A stretch of 64,000 bases of DNA. Source: an uncultured delta proteobacterium. Lineage in GTDB: Bacteria > Desulfobacterota > Desulfomonilia > UBA1062. The DNA is taken from positions 64,001 to 128,000 of the forward strand of contig CAVVYZ010000015.1 of NCBI GenBank assembly GCA_963752595.1. Direction: 5' to 3'. The number at the start of each line of letters is the position of its first letter. Positions within the stretch are counted from its first letter, which is position 1. The notes below the pieces were generated by a model. The model searched no databases, was not told where the DNA came from, and was given only the letters and a program-made list of their open reading frames with translations. Below are positions 30,417-41,672 of the stretch, piece after piece. The position numbers were made by a program, and so were the translations under genes.

Positions 30417-33400
30417 ATAACCTGAACATGTTCGACATCCCGCTTGAAGGCACGCATCTGATCGAAGCCAGCGCCGGCACGGGAAAGACCTACACCATTG
30501 CATCGCTGTATGTCCGGCTCCTTCTGGAAAAGGCGTACCATGTGCGGGAGATCCTGGTCGTAACCTATACGGTGCCGGCTACAGACGAGCTGAAAAGCAG
30601 GATCCGTGAAAAGATCCGGGCAGCGCTCCAGTGCTTCGAGTCAGGCACGAGCAGCGACCCCTTCCTGAACGATCTCCTCCAGAGAGTAGAAAGGCACGAC
30701 CATGCGGTCCAGAGTCTGGAATTCGCGCTGAGGCGCTTCGACGAGGCCGCGATATTCACTATCCACGGGTTCTGCCAGCGGGTGCTCTCGGAGATGGCGT
30801 TTGAGAGCAGGAGCCTGTTCGAAAGCGAACTCATCACCGACCAGGTCGAGCTCCTCAAAGAGGTCATCGGCGATTTCTACCGGAGGCACTTCTCTGAAGA
30901 TATGCCGCCCGAGCTTGTTTCTTACGCCTCCCGCAAGGGCTACACCTTCGGTTTCCTGCTGAGGCTCATCATGAAGGCAAGCCTCGATGCCTCAGTTATT
31001 CCCGACATGGAAAAGCCGGAGGCAAAGGCCCTGCTCGAAGCGTACAGGCTTTGCTTCGAACAGCTGAAATCATCCTGGCCCCATGCAAAAGAGGAAGTCA
31101 TCCTCATCCTCATGAACGATCCCGGGCTCAACCGCAGCAGATACAAGCAGCAAAGCATCCCGAGGATCACAGACGAGATGGATGCATATGTTGCGTCGGG
31201 AGGCTACGGCCTGCCGCTTTTCAAAGACTTCGAAAAATTGACCAGTTCCTTTCTGCTCAAATCCATAAAGAAAGGCTTCACGCCTCCCGGGCATGCCTTC
31301 TTCAGCCTCTGCGAACGCCTGAAGCAGCAGGCGGACGAACTGTCGGCCTGGATGGACATTGTGCTCGTGTGGCTCAAGGCCGAGCTGTTCCGCTGCGTGA
31401 GGAAAAATCTCCCCGAAAAGAAGGAGGGTTTAAGCCTCGTCCACTTCGATGACCTCCTGCTCAAGGTGTATCAGTCTCTGAGCTCCGAGAGCGGCGATCT
31501 GTTGCGGGAGATCATCGCAGAGAGATACCAGGCTGCCCTGATCGACGAATTCCAGGACACCGACCCGATCCAGTACGAGATCTTCAAGTCCTTCTTTTCC
31601 GGCGCCCCGCTCTTCCTCATCGGCGACCCGAAGCAGGCTATCTACAGCTTCCGCGGCGCCGATATCTTCACTTATCTCAATGCATCGGCTCAGGTGGAGA
31701 AGGGCTACAGGCACACCCTCGACAAGAACTGGCGGAGCGAGCCCGGGCTGCTGGATGCCGTAAACCGCATCTTCCGCAGGGAGCTCCCCTTTGTTTTCGA
31801 GGAGATCGCTTTCGAGCCCGTTTCCCCGGCCGATATCCCGGACAGAGAATTTTTAAGGGACGTTGAGGGAGCGCCGCTTACCCTCTGGTATGTACCGGGC
31901 AATGCATCGTCGGGCCTGAGCAAGCGCGATGCGGAGAAAAGGATCTCTCTGGCTGTTGCCTGGGAGGTGTCGCGCCTCCTGAAAGGAGGGGGTGCAGGTG
32001 AAATAGGGTTAGGCGAGCGTCCCGTAGTGCCGAGGGATATTGCGCTGATCGTCAGGGAAAACAGCCAGGGAAGGCTCCTGAAGGACGTCCTCACCTTCTG
32101 CGGCATACCCTGCGTGATCTACAGCGACGAGAATATCTTCGACAGCAACGAAGCCGTCGAGATGGAGCTGCTGCTCAAGGCCGTTTCCGAGCCCTATTCC
32201 GAATCGTGTATGCGTACGGCGCTCGCAGGCTCGCTGTTCAATCTCGATGCGCTCGAGCTGGATTCGCTTTCCCACGACGAGCAGAAGCTGGAGAGGTGGA
32301 TCGAGAAGTTCAGGGGCTACCACGATCTCTGGGCCGGCAGCGGTTTCGTGAGGATGTTCAGGAAGCTCATGACCGAGGAGGGCGTCAGCGCCCGCCTGCT
32401 GAACCTTCCCCGGGGCGAGCGCATGCTCACGAATTTCCTTCATCTCCAGGAAGTGCTGGGCGAGGCGTCCATGGAGGAGAAGTTCGGGATGCGGGGGCTC
32501 CTGAAGTGGCTGTCACAGCAGCGGGACCCGGCAATGCCGAGGCAGGAAGAACATCAGCTCAGGCTCGAAAGCGACGAGGATGCGGTGAAGATCATCACAG
32601 TGCACAAGAGCAAGGGCCTCGAGTTCCCCATTGTGTTCTGTCCGTTCCTCTGGGGCTCTTCGGACTTGCGGGATAAGGCGAATATCCCGTTCCATGATGC
32701 CGAGCACGGGTACAAGGCATTCCTCGACGTGGGCTCCGAGAAGATCGACGAGCACCGGATGTGTGCAGAAAAAGAGCTCCTGGCAGAAAACATGAGGCTC
32801 GTCTACGTGGCGCTGACCAGGGCCAGAAACCGCTGCTATCTCGTGTGGGGAAGGTTCAACAAGGGAGAATCCTCGGCCCTGTCGTATCTCTTCCGTCAGC
32901 AGGGAAAACCGGAAAACAGGGGCAGTGAAGGGGATGGTGAAACCGCCCATACGGACGATCATTCGATGCGCCACGACCTGGAGCTCATGTGCAATGTCCC
33001 TGAGACGGGAATCCTCATCCGGGATCTCCCCGGCATGGGCAGGCTCCCGGATCGCTATGAGCGCACCGGGATGGAGGGAGTACGGATCTCCTGCCGCGAC
33101 CTCTCCCGGGAGATCGACAGGTCATGGAGGGTGGCGAGCTTTTCCTCCATGATCTCAGGCACCCACCTCATCGAGGAGGCGGACCGGGATTCCCTCCCGC
33201 AGATTGCGGAGATCAAGGATCCCGGAGGAGAGGAGGGCATGGGGGACATCTTCAGCTTTCCCAGGGGAGCTCGTGCCGGCACCATGATCCATGAGATATT
33301 CGAGCTGATCGACTTTCAGGCGGATGACGGGGCCGTCAGGTCTCTGGTTGCAAAAGCACTCGAACTCCACGGGTTTGACCTCTCGTGGCGGGATGTGCTC

Positions 33401-34015
33401 GCTGAAATGGTCAGGAAGGTCCTCACGGTGCAAATAGGGGACTTCCACCTTTCCGACATCAAAAACGCCGAAGCGCTCAGAGAGCTCGAATTCTACCTTC
33501 CTGCAAAAAAGATATCCCCGCACATCATCAGAGAGGCCTTTGAGACCTACGGCAAGGAGACTGTCTCCCCGGGATTTACCGGCATGATCGAAGGGCTGAC
33601 GTTCGAGGAGTCCACCGGTTATTTAAGGGGTTTCATAGACCTGGTTTTTTCAAGAAACGGGAGATACTATCTCGTTGACTGGAAATCCAACCACCTCGGC
33701 AGCAGCCCGGAAGACTACACGCAGCAGGCGCTCCATGGAGCTATGGAGAAGAACTATTACGTTCTCCAGTATCATATCTACACCTTAGCGCTGCATCATT
33801 ATCTGAAACAAAGAATCAAAGACTATTCCTATGCCCGCCATTTCGGGGGTATCATCTATATGTTCATCAGGGGAGTGGACCCGGAGAAGGGGCCTGATTA
33901 CGGGATCTATCGGAAGCTTCCTTCCGAAGGGCTCATCGAATATTTCAGTGGCATGCTTGCACGGACAGGGGAAGACCGGAGGAGAGACACAGGGCATGAA
34001 ATTGCTTTTGAATGA
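30413..34015 (+). CDS. recB: Exodeoxyribonuclease V beta subunit
   Basis: IEASAGTGKT, DEFQDTD, GDPKQAIYSFRG, TVHKSKGLEF and YVALTRA; nuclease motif GFIDL...VDWKSN. Confidence 0.97.
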   Translation: MNNLNMFDIPLEGTHLIEASAGTGKTYTIASLYVRLLLEKAYHVREILVVTYTVPATDELKSRIREKIRAALQCFESGTSSDPFLNDLLQRVERHDHAVQSLEFALRRFDEAAIFTIHGFCQRVLSEMAFESRSLFESELITDQVELLKEVIGDFYRRHFSEDMPPELVSYASRKGYTFGFLLRLIMKASLDASVIPDMEKPEAKALLEAYRLCFEQLKSSWPHAKEEVILILMNDPGLNRSRYKQQSIPRITDEMDAYVASGGYGLPLFKDFEKLTSSFLLKSIKKGFTPPGHAFFSLCERLKQQADELSAWMDIVLVWLKAELFRCVRKNLPEKKEGLSLVHFDDLLLKVYQSLSSESGDLLREIIAERYQAALIDEFQDTDPIQYEIFKSFFSGAPLFLIGDPKQAIYSFRGADIFTYLNASAQVEKGYRHTLDKNWRSEPGLLDAVNRIFRRELPFVFEEIAFEPVSPADIPDREFLRDVEGAPLTLWYVPGNASSGLSKRDAEKRISLAVAWEVSRLLKGGGAGEIGLGERPVVPRDIALIVRENSQGRLLKDVLTFCGIPCVIYSDENIFDSNEAVEMELLLKAVSEPYSESCMRTALAGSLFNLDALELDSLSHDEQKLERWIEKFRGYHDLWAGSGFVRMFRKLMTEEGVSARLLNLPRGERMLTNFLHLQEVLGEASMEEKFGMRGLLKWLSQQRDPAMPRQEEHQLRLESDEDAVKIITVHKSKGLEFPIVFCPFLWGSSDLRDKANIPFHDAEHGYKAFLDVGSEKIDEHRMCAEKELLAENMRLVYVALTRARNRCYLVWGRFNKGESSALSYLFRQQGKPENRGSEGDGETAHTDDHSMRHDLELMCNVPETGILIRDLPGMGRLPDRYERTGMEGVRISCRDLSREIDRSWRVASFSSMISGTHLIEEADRDSLPQIAEIKDPGGEEGMGDIFSFPRGARAGTMIHEIFELIDFQADDGAVRSLVAKALELHGFDLSWRDVLAEMVRKVLTVQIGDFHLSDIKNAEALRELEFYLPAKKISPHIIREAFETYGKETVSPGFTGMIEGLTFEESTGYLRGFIDLVFSRNGRYYLVDWKSNHLGSSPEDYTQQALHGAMEKNYYVLQYHIYTLALHHYLKQRIKDYSYARHFGGIIYMFIRGVDPEKGPDYGIYRKLPSEGLIEYFSGMLARTGEDRRRDTGHEIAFE

Positions 34016-35855
34016 AGAAGGGCCGGGCTTCAGAAAAACACATACCCATGACTCGATGCCGGAATTTTTTTCCGATATCGACCTCCATTTTGCCTGCCTC
34101 ATGCAGCAGCTCTCGGGATCGCAGAGCCCGGAGATAATGGCCGCATCGGCCCTGGCGAGCAGATATACCCGGCAGGGCCACATCTGCATCGACCTGAACT
34201 CCTACGCAGGCCGCAGCCTGTGTGAAGGGGGCCTTCCGGGGCTGAGCCTCCAATGCCCGCCGCTTCAGGAGTGGCGGAATATTCTCGCTACCTCTCCTGT
34301 GGTAGGCTCACCCGGCGAATACAAGCCCATGATCCTCGACGGCAAATCACGCCTGTATCTCTGGCGATACTGGAATTATGAATTCCAGCTCGCCCATGCA
34401 CTGCTCGGCATGGGAGGGCAGGAGATGCCCTGCGATGTTTCCTTCATCAGGGCCATCATGCCGCGGTATTTCCCTGAAGCAGAGGCCAAGGGAAAGATCA
34501 ACCGGCAGAAGGTCGCGGTGCTCGTTGCCCTCAAAGGCTGTTTGAGCATCATAACGGGCGGCCCCGGAACCGGCAAGACGACCGTGGTGTCCAGGGCCCT
34601 TGCCATGCTTTCCACACAGAACCCGAAGCTTAAAGTTGCGCTGGCTGCGCCCACCGGGAAGGCAGCGCAGAGGCTGGAGGAGTCTCTCGGGAAGACGTTC
34701 CGGTCGCTCGACGCCTCGGGCGAGAGCCTTATGGACATGTGCTTCAGGGCCTCGACGATCCACCGCCTCCTGGGCATGGTGCCTGGAAGGGCACGTGCAA
34801 TGTTCTCGCACACCAACCCTCTGCCGTATGACGTGGTCGTGGTGGATGAGGCCTCCATGACCCCGTTGAGCCTCATTGCACGGCTCGTCCGGGCATTGAA
34901 GCCCGGCACCAGGCTGATCCTCGTGGGCGACAGAAACCAGCTCGCATCCGTGGAGCCAGGCCACGTGCTCGGCGATATCTGCGATACAGGCAGCGGAGGC
35001 GAGTATTCGGAGAAGACCTGCTCTCTGGTGCGGGAGGCTCTCGGCTATGAGCTGACCCCCGCAAAGACACATGGTGTGACCGACTGCATCGTGGAGCTTA
35101 AAGACACGTACCGGTTCAGCGAAGACAGCGGGATCAAGAGACTCGGCGAGGCGGTCCGGGCAGGGGATGGAGATCGTTGCCTCGATATGGTGCGGAACTC
35201 GGGTTTCAGCGATGTTTTTGTCCGTGATGTCCGCGGCGAGGGATCGCTCTCTCCGCACTTAAGCCCTTCGGTGATCGAGGGGTATTATCCCTATCTCCAG
35301 TCATCAAGCCCTGATGAGCGGTTCACGCGCTTCGGCCGGTTCAGGGTCTTGTGCGGCTTGAGGGAAGGCCCCTTCGGAGTGGTAACCGTGAACCGTCTCA
35401 TTGAAAAGATCCTGAACGAAAAGGGTCTTATCCGGCCGGACCGGCAATATTACCATGGGCGGCCGGTTCTCATCACTGCCAATGATTATGCGCTTCGGCT
35501 CTTCAACGGCGATATCGGGATCATCCTCCGAGATGACGAAGAAGGTGATCTGAAATGCTTTTTCCAGGGGCCGGGCGGGCAGATGCGCAGGATCTCATGC
35601 CTGAGGCTTCCGGCACATGAAACGGCCTATGCCATGACCGTGCACAAAAGCCAGGGTTCCGAGTTCGATAAGGTCGTACTCCTCCTGCCGCAGAAGGACT
35701 CGCCCGTGCTCACCAGGGAACTCATCTATACCGGGATTACAAGGGCCAGGGAGCGTCTCGATCTCTGGACCACGCCGGAAGTATTTTCTGCTGCGGTACA
35801 GCGGCGCACCGAGCGGACATCAGGCCTCTACGATCTGCTCATGGAGCAGGAGTGA
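33996..35855 (+). CDS. recD: Exodeoxyribonuclease V alpha subunit
   Basis: GGPGTGKTT, APTGKAA, DEASM, GDRNQL, AMTVHKSQGSEF and YTGITRAR motifs. Confidence 0.96.
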   Translation: MKLLLNEEGPGFRKTHTHDSMPEFFSDIDLHFACLMQQLSGSQSPEIMAASALASRYTRQGHICIDLNSYAGRSLCEGGLPGLSLQCPPLQEWRNILATSPVVGSPGEYKPMILDGKSRLYLWRYWNYEFQLAHALLGMGGQEMPCDVSFIRAIMPRYFPEAEAKGKINRQKVAVLVALKGCLSIITGGPGTGKTTVVSRALAMLSTQNPKLKVALAAPTGKAAQRLEESLGKTFRSLDASGESLMDMCFRASTIHRLLGMVPGRARAMFSHTNPLPYDVVVVDEASMTPLSLIARLVRALKPGTRLILVGDRNQLASVEPGHVLGDICDTGSGGEYSEKTCSLVREALGYELTPAKTHGVTDCIVELKDTYRFSEDSGIKRLGEAVRAGDGDRCLDMVRNSGFSDVFVRDVRGEGSLSPHLSPSVIEGYYPYLQSSSPDERFTRFGRFRVLCGLREGPFGVVTVNRLIEKILNEKGLIRPDRQYYHGRPVLITANDYALRLFNGDIGIILRDDEEGDLKCFFQGPGGQMRRISCLRLPAHETAYAMTVHKSQGSEFDKVVLLLPQKDSPVLTRELIYTGITRARERLDLWTTPEVFSAAVQRRTERTSGLYDLLMEQE

Positions 35856-36045
35856 GGATGGCCTTGACGGGCGGCTCCCGGAGGGTTTACAAGATAATGC
35901 TATCAAGACGGAACTTGAGAACGACGTTAAAGCTTACACATCATGGGCAGATCAGCGAAGAGAGTTCCGGAAACATAAAAGTGTTTTTCCGTGCTGCGGC
36001 TTCCCCCTCTCTGTCGCTGTACCTGGCCCGCAAGAGGATGCTCCC

Positions 36046-37025
36046 ATGCCGGAAAAGCAGACCTATAAAGAATTAGAGCAGCGATGCATCGAGATTTCCG
36101 GGCTGAACGAGCAGCTGAAAATTGCTCTTGATAAGAGCGAGGCCCGGTTCAAGTCGCTCTTCGAGCAGTCGTCCGATGCATTCTACATCCATGACCTCCA
36201 GGGGAAGTTTCTCGATGCGAGCCTCCCTGCACTGCGCATGCTGGGGTACAGTAAAGATGAGCTTTCTTCACTGAATTTCTATTCCATTCTCCATAAGGAT
36301 CATCTTTCTCTTGCCGGACAGTGTATGAAAAAACTCTTCGAGACAGGAATTCAAAGAGAGCCTGCCGAGTTCATGATGAAAAAAAAGACGGCGGGTTCGT
36401 CTGGGTGGAGACGAATGCGTCCATGATATTTCATGATAACACCCCGGTGGCTGTCCAGGGTATTGCCCGCGATATCACGGAGCGCAAGCTCGTCGAGGAC
36501 ATCCTGAGAGAGAGCGAGGAGCGCTACCGCACGATTTTCGAGAATTCCGGCACGGCAAAGATCATTGCCGACGACACCTCCACCATCCTCCTTGCCAATA
36601 CGAGGTTCGAGAGGCTCTCCGGGTATTCAAGAAACGAGCTGGAGAAGGTCAGAAGCTGGACGGATTTCATCATGGAAGAAGACTTGATTCGTATGAAAGC
36701 CTACAATGAAACGAGGCTCGACGATCCGTCTGCCGTTCCCAAGCAGTATGAATTCAGGTTCAAGGACAGGCAGGGGCAGGTGCGGGACATTTTCCTGAAT
36801 GTCGATGTGATACCCGGCAAGAAGCAGATCGTCGCTTCATGCCTCGACATCACCGACCGCAAGCGCATGGAAGACGCGGTTCGAACCAGCGAGGATAAAT
36901 ACCGGAATATCCTCGAAAGCATACAGGAGGCTTTTTTCGAAACCGACCTGTTCGGCCTTGGCATCTGCGTTCATAGGCAGCCGCTGAATCTGCCGGGAAT
37001 AAATGGAGACGAGACGGCCCATTGA
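36046..37025 (+). pseudogene. Truncated multi-PAS sensor protein (paralogue of the 45261 kinase N-terminus)
   Basis: Two complete PAS domains (frameshift in an A-run at about 36385); the third PAS breaks off after EAFFETDL at about 36950; no kinase domain. Confidence 0.65.
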
Positions 37026-37058
37026 GACAGGCCGTCATATCGGGAATAATGTGGGTCT

Positions 37059-37370
37059 TTAAACAGCTACTACCGAGTTGTCGGTGTCTCCGTAGGGTGA
37101 TCGGACATACCTGTCGGCGCTGTCGTCATTCTCCCAGATATGGCCGTTCAGAAGATACTTGAAATGGTATTCCTGATCCTTGCCAAGGTTGAGCGTGAGG
37201 TCAAATGCCCCATCCTTACGGCGTTTCATGAGGTTTGCTTCCGGATTCCAGCCATTAAAATCGCCGACGAGGGAAACATTCTCAGCCGACATGGCCATAT
37301 CCTTTGGAAGAGTGAACGTCACTTTGCAAACTGATTTGTTCTTAAGATATTGTTTTTTGATACTCATCAT
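37059..37370 (-). CDS. Isoamylase early-set / CBM48 glycogen-binding protein
   Basis: KVTFTLP, VSLVGDFNGW, YHFKYLLNG..WEND and DNSV motifs. Confidence 0.9.
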   Translation of the reverse strand: MMSIKKQYLKNKSVCKVTFTLPKDMAMSAENVSLVGDFNGWNPEANLMKRRKDGAFDLTLNLGKDQEYHFKYLLNGHIWENDDSADRYVRSPYGDTDNSVVAV

Positions 37371-37537
37371 TTCCTCCTAAGCTCCCTTTCCCAAAAACAT
37401 CAGCCCTGCTTAAAATCACGGATACAGCTATTCTTAATAAATATCATGTATTGGTTTCGAGTCAATACCCCCGTTGGCGACAATGAGGAAAAATAACTTT
37501 TCAATAGTGCTTTTCTGCAAGGAAAGAGCGCTTTCTT

Positions 37538-39604
37538 TCATAGAAGCGAAACGAGGATCACAGCAGATCGCCCGGTAACCCGGTACCGGCTCTGCCCGAT
37601 AATGGGGGCTTTCTTGGGCGCTCTATAATCCTCTCCTTCGGGAAGAGAGGTATCGATGACGCAGCGCCAGACGCGTCCGGAACGTAGATGAGGCAGTTCA
37701 AAAGAGAGCGGCTCCCAATAGGCATTGAGCATGATAAAGACGTGCTCTCCGGTACTGCGGTCCTCAAGCTCCAGCGCTATGCTGTGTGAATGCTTTCCGA
37801 AATCGGGCTCTTTGAGATGCACGCCGTGCCAGGTGATCGTTGCGCCTGTATGACTGCGGTTTGGCGATGAAAGGTGCTTCTGATGAAAGACCGTCATAGA
37901 GCTGGTGAATTCGATAAGGCCTCTCACAAATCGGAGCAGACCCTCATTTTTTGTAACCAGGTCCCAGTCAAACCAGCTCAGTCCACTGTCCTGGCAATAG
38001 GCGTTGTTGTTGCCTCCCTGCGTCCGCCTCACCTCGTCGCCCATCAGGATCATGGGCGTCCCCTGGGAAATGAGCAGGATGGTGAAGAAATTCTTGATCT
38101 GCCTGATGCGCAACCGATCAACAGCACTGTCCTTCGCGGGCCCCTCGAAGCCGCAGTTCCAGCTGTGGTTATGATCGTAGCCGTCGAGATTCTCTTCGAG
38201 GTTTGCCTTGTTATGCTTGGCGTTGTAGGAAACGAGGTCGTTTAGGGTAAACCCGTCGTGGCAGGTGATGAAGTTGATGCTCCTGTTGATATCGCGTTCG
38301 GGCAGCGGATAGATATCCGGGCTCCCGAGGATTCTATTCGAAAGTTTGTAGGCTGTGTCGGTGTCTCCCTTGAGGAATGACCGGACATCATCCCGGAAGT
38401 GGCTGTTCCACTCGGCAAACCTGTCTCCGATGAACGACCCCACCTGGTAGAGGCCGGCCGCATCCCATGCCTCGGCAATGATCTTCGTCCCTGCAAGGAC
38501 CGGATCCGATTCTATGGACCAGAGGATAGGGGGCTTTTCCATAGGCTCGCCGAGCTCGCCCCGAGACATGCTGGAAGCGAGATCGAAACGGAACCCGTCC
38601 ACATGCATCTGGGTAATCCAGTAGCGGAGGCATTCGAGGATCATTTTCCGTATGATGGAGTAATTGGAGTTTACGGAGTTCCCGCACCCGGAATAATTCT
38701 CGTAGCGCTGTTTCTGGAGGTTATATATGTAGTATGCCGGGTTCTCGATACCCCGAAACGAGAAAGTGGGACCGTCATGGCCTGCTTCTGCAGTGTGGTT
38801 GAAGACCACGTCCATGATAACCTCGATCCCTGCCCGGTGGAGAGCTTTGACCATATCCCTGAATTCATTCATCGAACCTACGGGATCCTTGCATGAGCTG
38901 TATCCGCAGTGGGGTGCAAAGAATGCCATGGGGCTGTATCCCCAGTAATTCTTCAGAGGGTACCTGGCATCCTGCTCGTCGAACTGCTGGACAGGCATCA
39001 GCTCGACAGCAGTGACCTGCAGGCTTTTCAGGTAATCGATCTTTTCAACGAGGCCGGCATAGGTGCCCCGTTTGCTTTCCTGTAGCCCTGAAGAAGGATG
39101 GCGGGTGAATCCTCCGACATGGAGCTCATAGATTATGGTTGAAGAGAACGGAGTCATCAGCGGTTCATCATCTTCCCAGTCGTACAACGACGGATCAATA
39201 ATCACTGATTTGGGTGCCCAGGCACAGTTGTCACCCGGTCTGCATGCACGAGACCGGTCGTAGTTCTTGCCGAGAGAAACTGCCTTTGCATAGGGATCAA
39301 GCAGAAGCTTGTGCCCGTCGAAGAAAAGACCCCGCGAAGGATCATACGGCCCATAGACCCGGTAGCCATACAGCTGGCCGGGATTGAGACTGCAGACAAA
39401 CACATGCCAGTAATAGAACGTTCTGTTCCGTAGAGGGTCGAGGCGGATTACACGTGAGGGTATGCCGTCATCCGGGTCGTCGAACAGGAGGAGCTCTACG
39501 GCAACACAGCTTTTGGAAAAGAGAGAAAAGTTCACCCCTTCGGGATATACCGTTGCTCCGAGCGGGTAGCTCTTTCCCTTACGTACATCCTCTTTTACAG
39601 CCAT
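37538..39604 (-). CDS. glgX: Glycogen debranching enzyme (GH13 isoamylase)
   Basis: YPLGAT, NYWGY, DVVFNHT, DGFRFDL, AEAWD, CHDGFTL and GNNNAYCQD motifs. Confidence 0.97.
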   Translation of the reverse strand: MAVKEDVRKGKSYPLGATVYPEGVNFSLFSKSCVAVELLLFDDPDDGIPSRVIRLDPLRNRTFYYWHVFVCSLNPGQLYGYRVYGPYDPSRGLFFDGHKLLLDPYAKAVSLGKNYDRSRACRPGDNCAWAPKSVIIDPSLYDWEDDEPLMTPFSSTIIYELHVGGFTRHPSSGLQESKRGTYAGLVEKIDYLKSLQVTAVELMPVQQFDEQDARYPLKNYWGYSPMAFFAPHCGYSSCKDPVGSMNEFRDMVKALHRAGIEVIMDVVFNHTAEAGHDGPTFSFRGIENPAYYIYNLQKQRYENYSGCGNSVNSNYSIIRKMILECLRYWITQMHVDGFRFDLASSMSRGELGEPMEKPPILWSIESDPVLAGTKIIAEAWDAAGLYQVGSFIGDRFAEWNSHFRDDVRSFLKGDTDTAYKLSNRILGSPDIYPLPERDINRSINFITCHDGFTLNDLVSYNAKHNKANLEENLDGYDHNHSWNCGFEGPAKDSAVDRLRIRQIKNFFTILLISQGTPMILMGDEVRRTQGGNNNAYCQDSGLSWFDWDLVTKNEGLLRFVRGLIEFTSSMTVFHQKHLSSPNRSHTGATITWHGVHLKEPDFGKHSHSIALELEDRSTGEHVFIMLNAYWEPLSFELPHLRSGRVWRCVIDTSLPEGEDYRAPKKAPIIGQSRYRVTGRSAVILVSLL

Positions 39605-39775
39605 ATCCTGGTATCGCCTTTCTCGTAAACCATATGCAACGGGGCTGCATAGCGATTGGGACATCCCGCATCTCTAAGCGCAGGAACAGAAGGTACCATA
39701 TACGGTAGGGGATTGTCAGCTTCATAGTGAAGGCTGCTTGATCATGAGGGATTCCGCTTCACGGTAAGGGCTGTT

Positions 39776-39823
39776 AAAAAGGGGCCGCCCGGGAATCGTA
39801 TATATCCCCTGACGACCCCCTTT
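39776..39823 (-). terminator. Intrinsic terminator of the second PEP-CTERM gene
   Basis: Minus-strand GGGGUCGUC...GGCGGCCCC stem (G-U pairs) followed by UUUUU. Confidence 0.6.
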
Positions 39824-39860
39824 GGAATGAGAAGAGGAGGGTTAAAGTATCTTTAAGATA

Positions 39861-40526
39861 TCATTCTATCGATATATATCTCCTATACATTCTCGTTAAT
39901 CCCAGGATGCCGCTGCCGAGTATGAGGAGCGTTGACGGCTCTGACACAGGGGCAGGCTCATGGGTATCGTAGACAATGCTGTCTATACACAGGTCATGAA
40001 GGAGAGGGAAATCACCGGTATCAGGACGTGAACAGGTCCCGCCGTTACCTGCCCAGAGGGCAAAATGATTTATCCCGGAAAAATTCAGGTTGAACTGAGT
40101 TACCTGGAAAACCGGATCTATAGTAAGGGCACTGAAATACTTGAGAAGATTGTTCTCCCATCCTGAAGCGTATACGTCTTGGCCGTAATACCAGTACGAC
40201 CCCACATGGAGACTTTGGATGTCGAAATTGCCGGTATCGTTGATCATCGAGAGTCCATTTGTATAAACATAGGTATATCCTACGCCTCCCATGTTTACAA
40301 TCCCTTCTGCCGAACCCCATGCCGGGTTGGCTGCCCTGGGATCACCCATCCTGTCGGTCGACCAATAGAAGCCATGGTAGCCGTCTTGAATCTCACCACT
40401 CAGATCAGCGGCACCCCCCCAGGGATCATACCGGGTGAGGTCTTCGAAATCTATGCAGCGCGTGTGTGAGAGTGTCGGAATAATAATGAAGATGAACAGT
40501 AATAAGAAAAGTAATCGAAGCCTCAT
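39861..40526 (-). CDS. PEP-CTERM-like surface protein (VSEP variant)
   Basis: Signal peptide; IDFEDL...DGYHGFYW N-terminus; C-terminal PVSEPSTLLILGSGILGLTRMYRR. Confidence 0.8.
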   Translation of the reverse strand: MRLRLLFLLLFIFIIIPTLSHTRCIDFEDLTRYDPWGGAADLSGEIQDGYHGFYWSTDRMGDPRAANPAWGSAEGIVNMGGVGYTYVYTNGLSMINDTGNFDIQSLHVGSYWYYGQDVYASGWENNLLKYFSALTIDPVFQVTQFNLNFSGINHFALWAGNGGTCSRPDTGDFPLLHDLCIDSIVYDTHEPAPVSEPSTLLILGSGILGLTRMYRRYISIE

Positions 40527-41082
40527 CTGACAACCTCCTGATTAAGATTTTCTCAGTGCTCATAAGGTTTTGTAGCGAAAAAACGAGTATGACTTGAACA
40601 ACGCTACACCTCCTCCGTAGTGCCGAGCCCACTATGCAATACTCGTGCACATGAAGACCCGGCGGGGCGTTGCAGGATAATATGCAGTGTAACTATTTGT
40701 TTTGATGAAAATAATAAATCCTGTGCGCCGTTTCACTGATAACACATGAGAAATAACCAGTATTATAAAACAAGACCACATTCCGCCCGGGAAACGATGA
40801 AAGATAAAGGTTTGCCGCCGGATTCAATGAATGAAACAAGCACGTTAAAACAAGCATGATAAGATGATCAGAGGCCTGCACCGGCCGAATGCACAGTCTT
40901 GTCTTTGCAGAAAGGATTCCTCCCGGGCAGGATAAGTATTGCACTTCAAGACAGCTGCCGGAGGCGATATTTTCCAAGAAAAATGGAGTCGGCAGGAAAA
41001 AGGAAAGAATTCATCAGGAAACCAAAGGTGGTACGCTTCTTGTTACCCCGTAAATGGAACCATATGCCCGGGAGGTGAGGAC

Positions 41083-41586
41083 GTGACGATATTCAGAGCC
41101 GTTCTGCATACAGCTATGATATGCACGGGCCTCCTTTTCTTCAGCTGCACCTCCGCGCCGGATGTCTCATCCCTATGGCCGCCGCCGGAGCCGGATGAGT
41201 TCTGGAAATATATTGCCCGGACAAATGATTATACTCAGTGGAGGCACTGGCCCGGCTATGAAGAAAAATACCCCGGGACCACCCCCCGTGGGGCATGGGT
41301 TGAACTCTATGCCAATGATGCAGCCATCGAGGCCGTAAAGGCGGGAAAAGACATCATGCCGTACGGTGCAATCCTGGTGAAAGAGAATTATGCAAGAGAT
41401 AAAGAGACGCTGTTGTCGGTAACTCCCATGTACAAGGTAAGGGGCTACAACAGCAAAGCGAATGACTGGTTCTGGGCCGAGTACAGTCCGGAAGGAAAGC
41501 CCAGGGCTTGTGGAAGGGTGCAATCCTGTATCCGGTGCCATGAAGCTTCGGTACATGATTTCCGCTATACCAGGCCGAAGGGATAG
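41083..41586 (+). CDS. Cytochrome P460-family lipoprotein
   Basis: GGAGG RBS before GTG; lipobox-like FFSC; PYGAILVKENY, MYK..GY...NDWFWAEY and C-terminal CIRCH heme motif. Confidence 0.85.
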   Translation: MTIFRAVLHTAMICTGLLFFSCTSAPDVSSLWPPPEPDEFWKYIARTNDYTQWRHWPGYEEKYPGTTPRGAWVELYANDAAIEAVKAGKDIMPYGAILVKENYARDKETLLSVTPMYKVRGYNSKANDWFWAEYSPEGKPRACGRVQSCIRCHEASVHDFRYTRPKG

Positions 41587-41672
41587 GCTCTTGGCTTTTA
41601 TGGAGATGCAGGGAATACAGGCCTTCTCTCATGCAGCAAGCAAGCCCCTCATTTTTATCATGAGGTGAATGT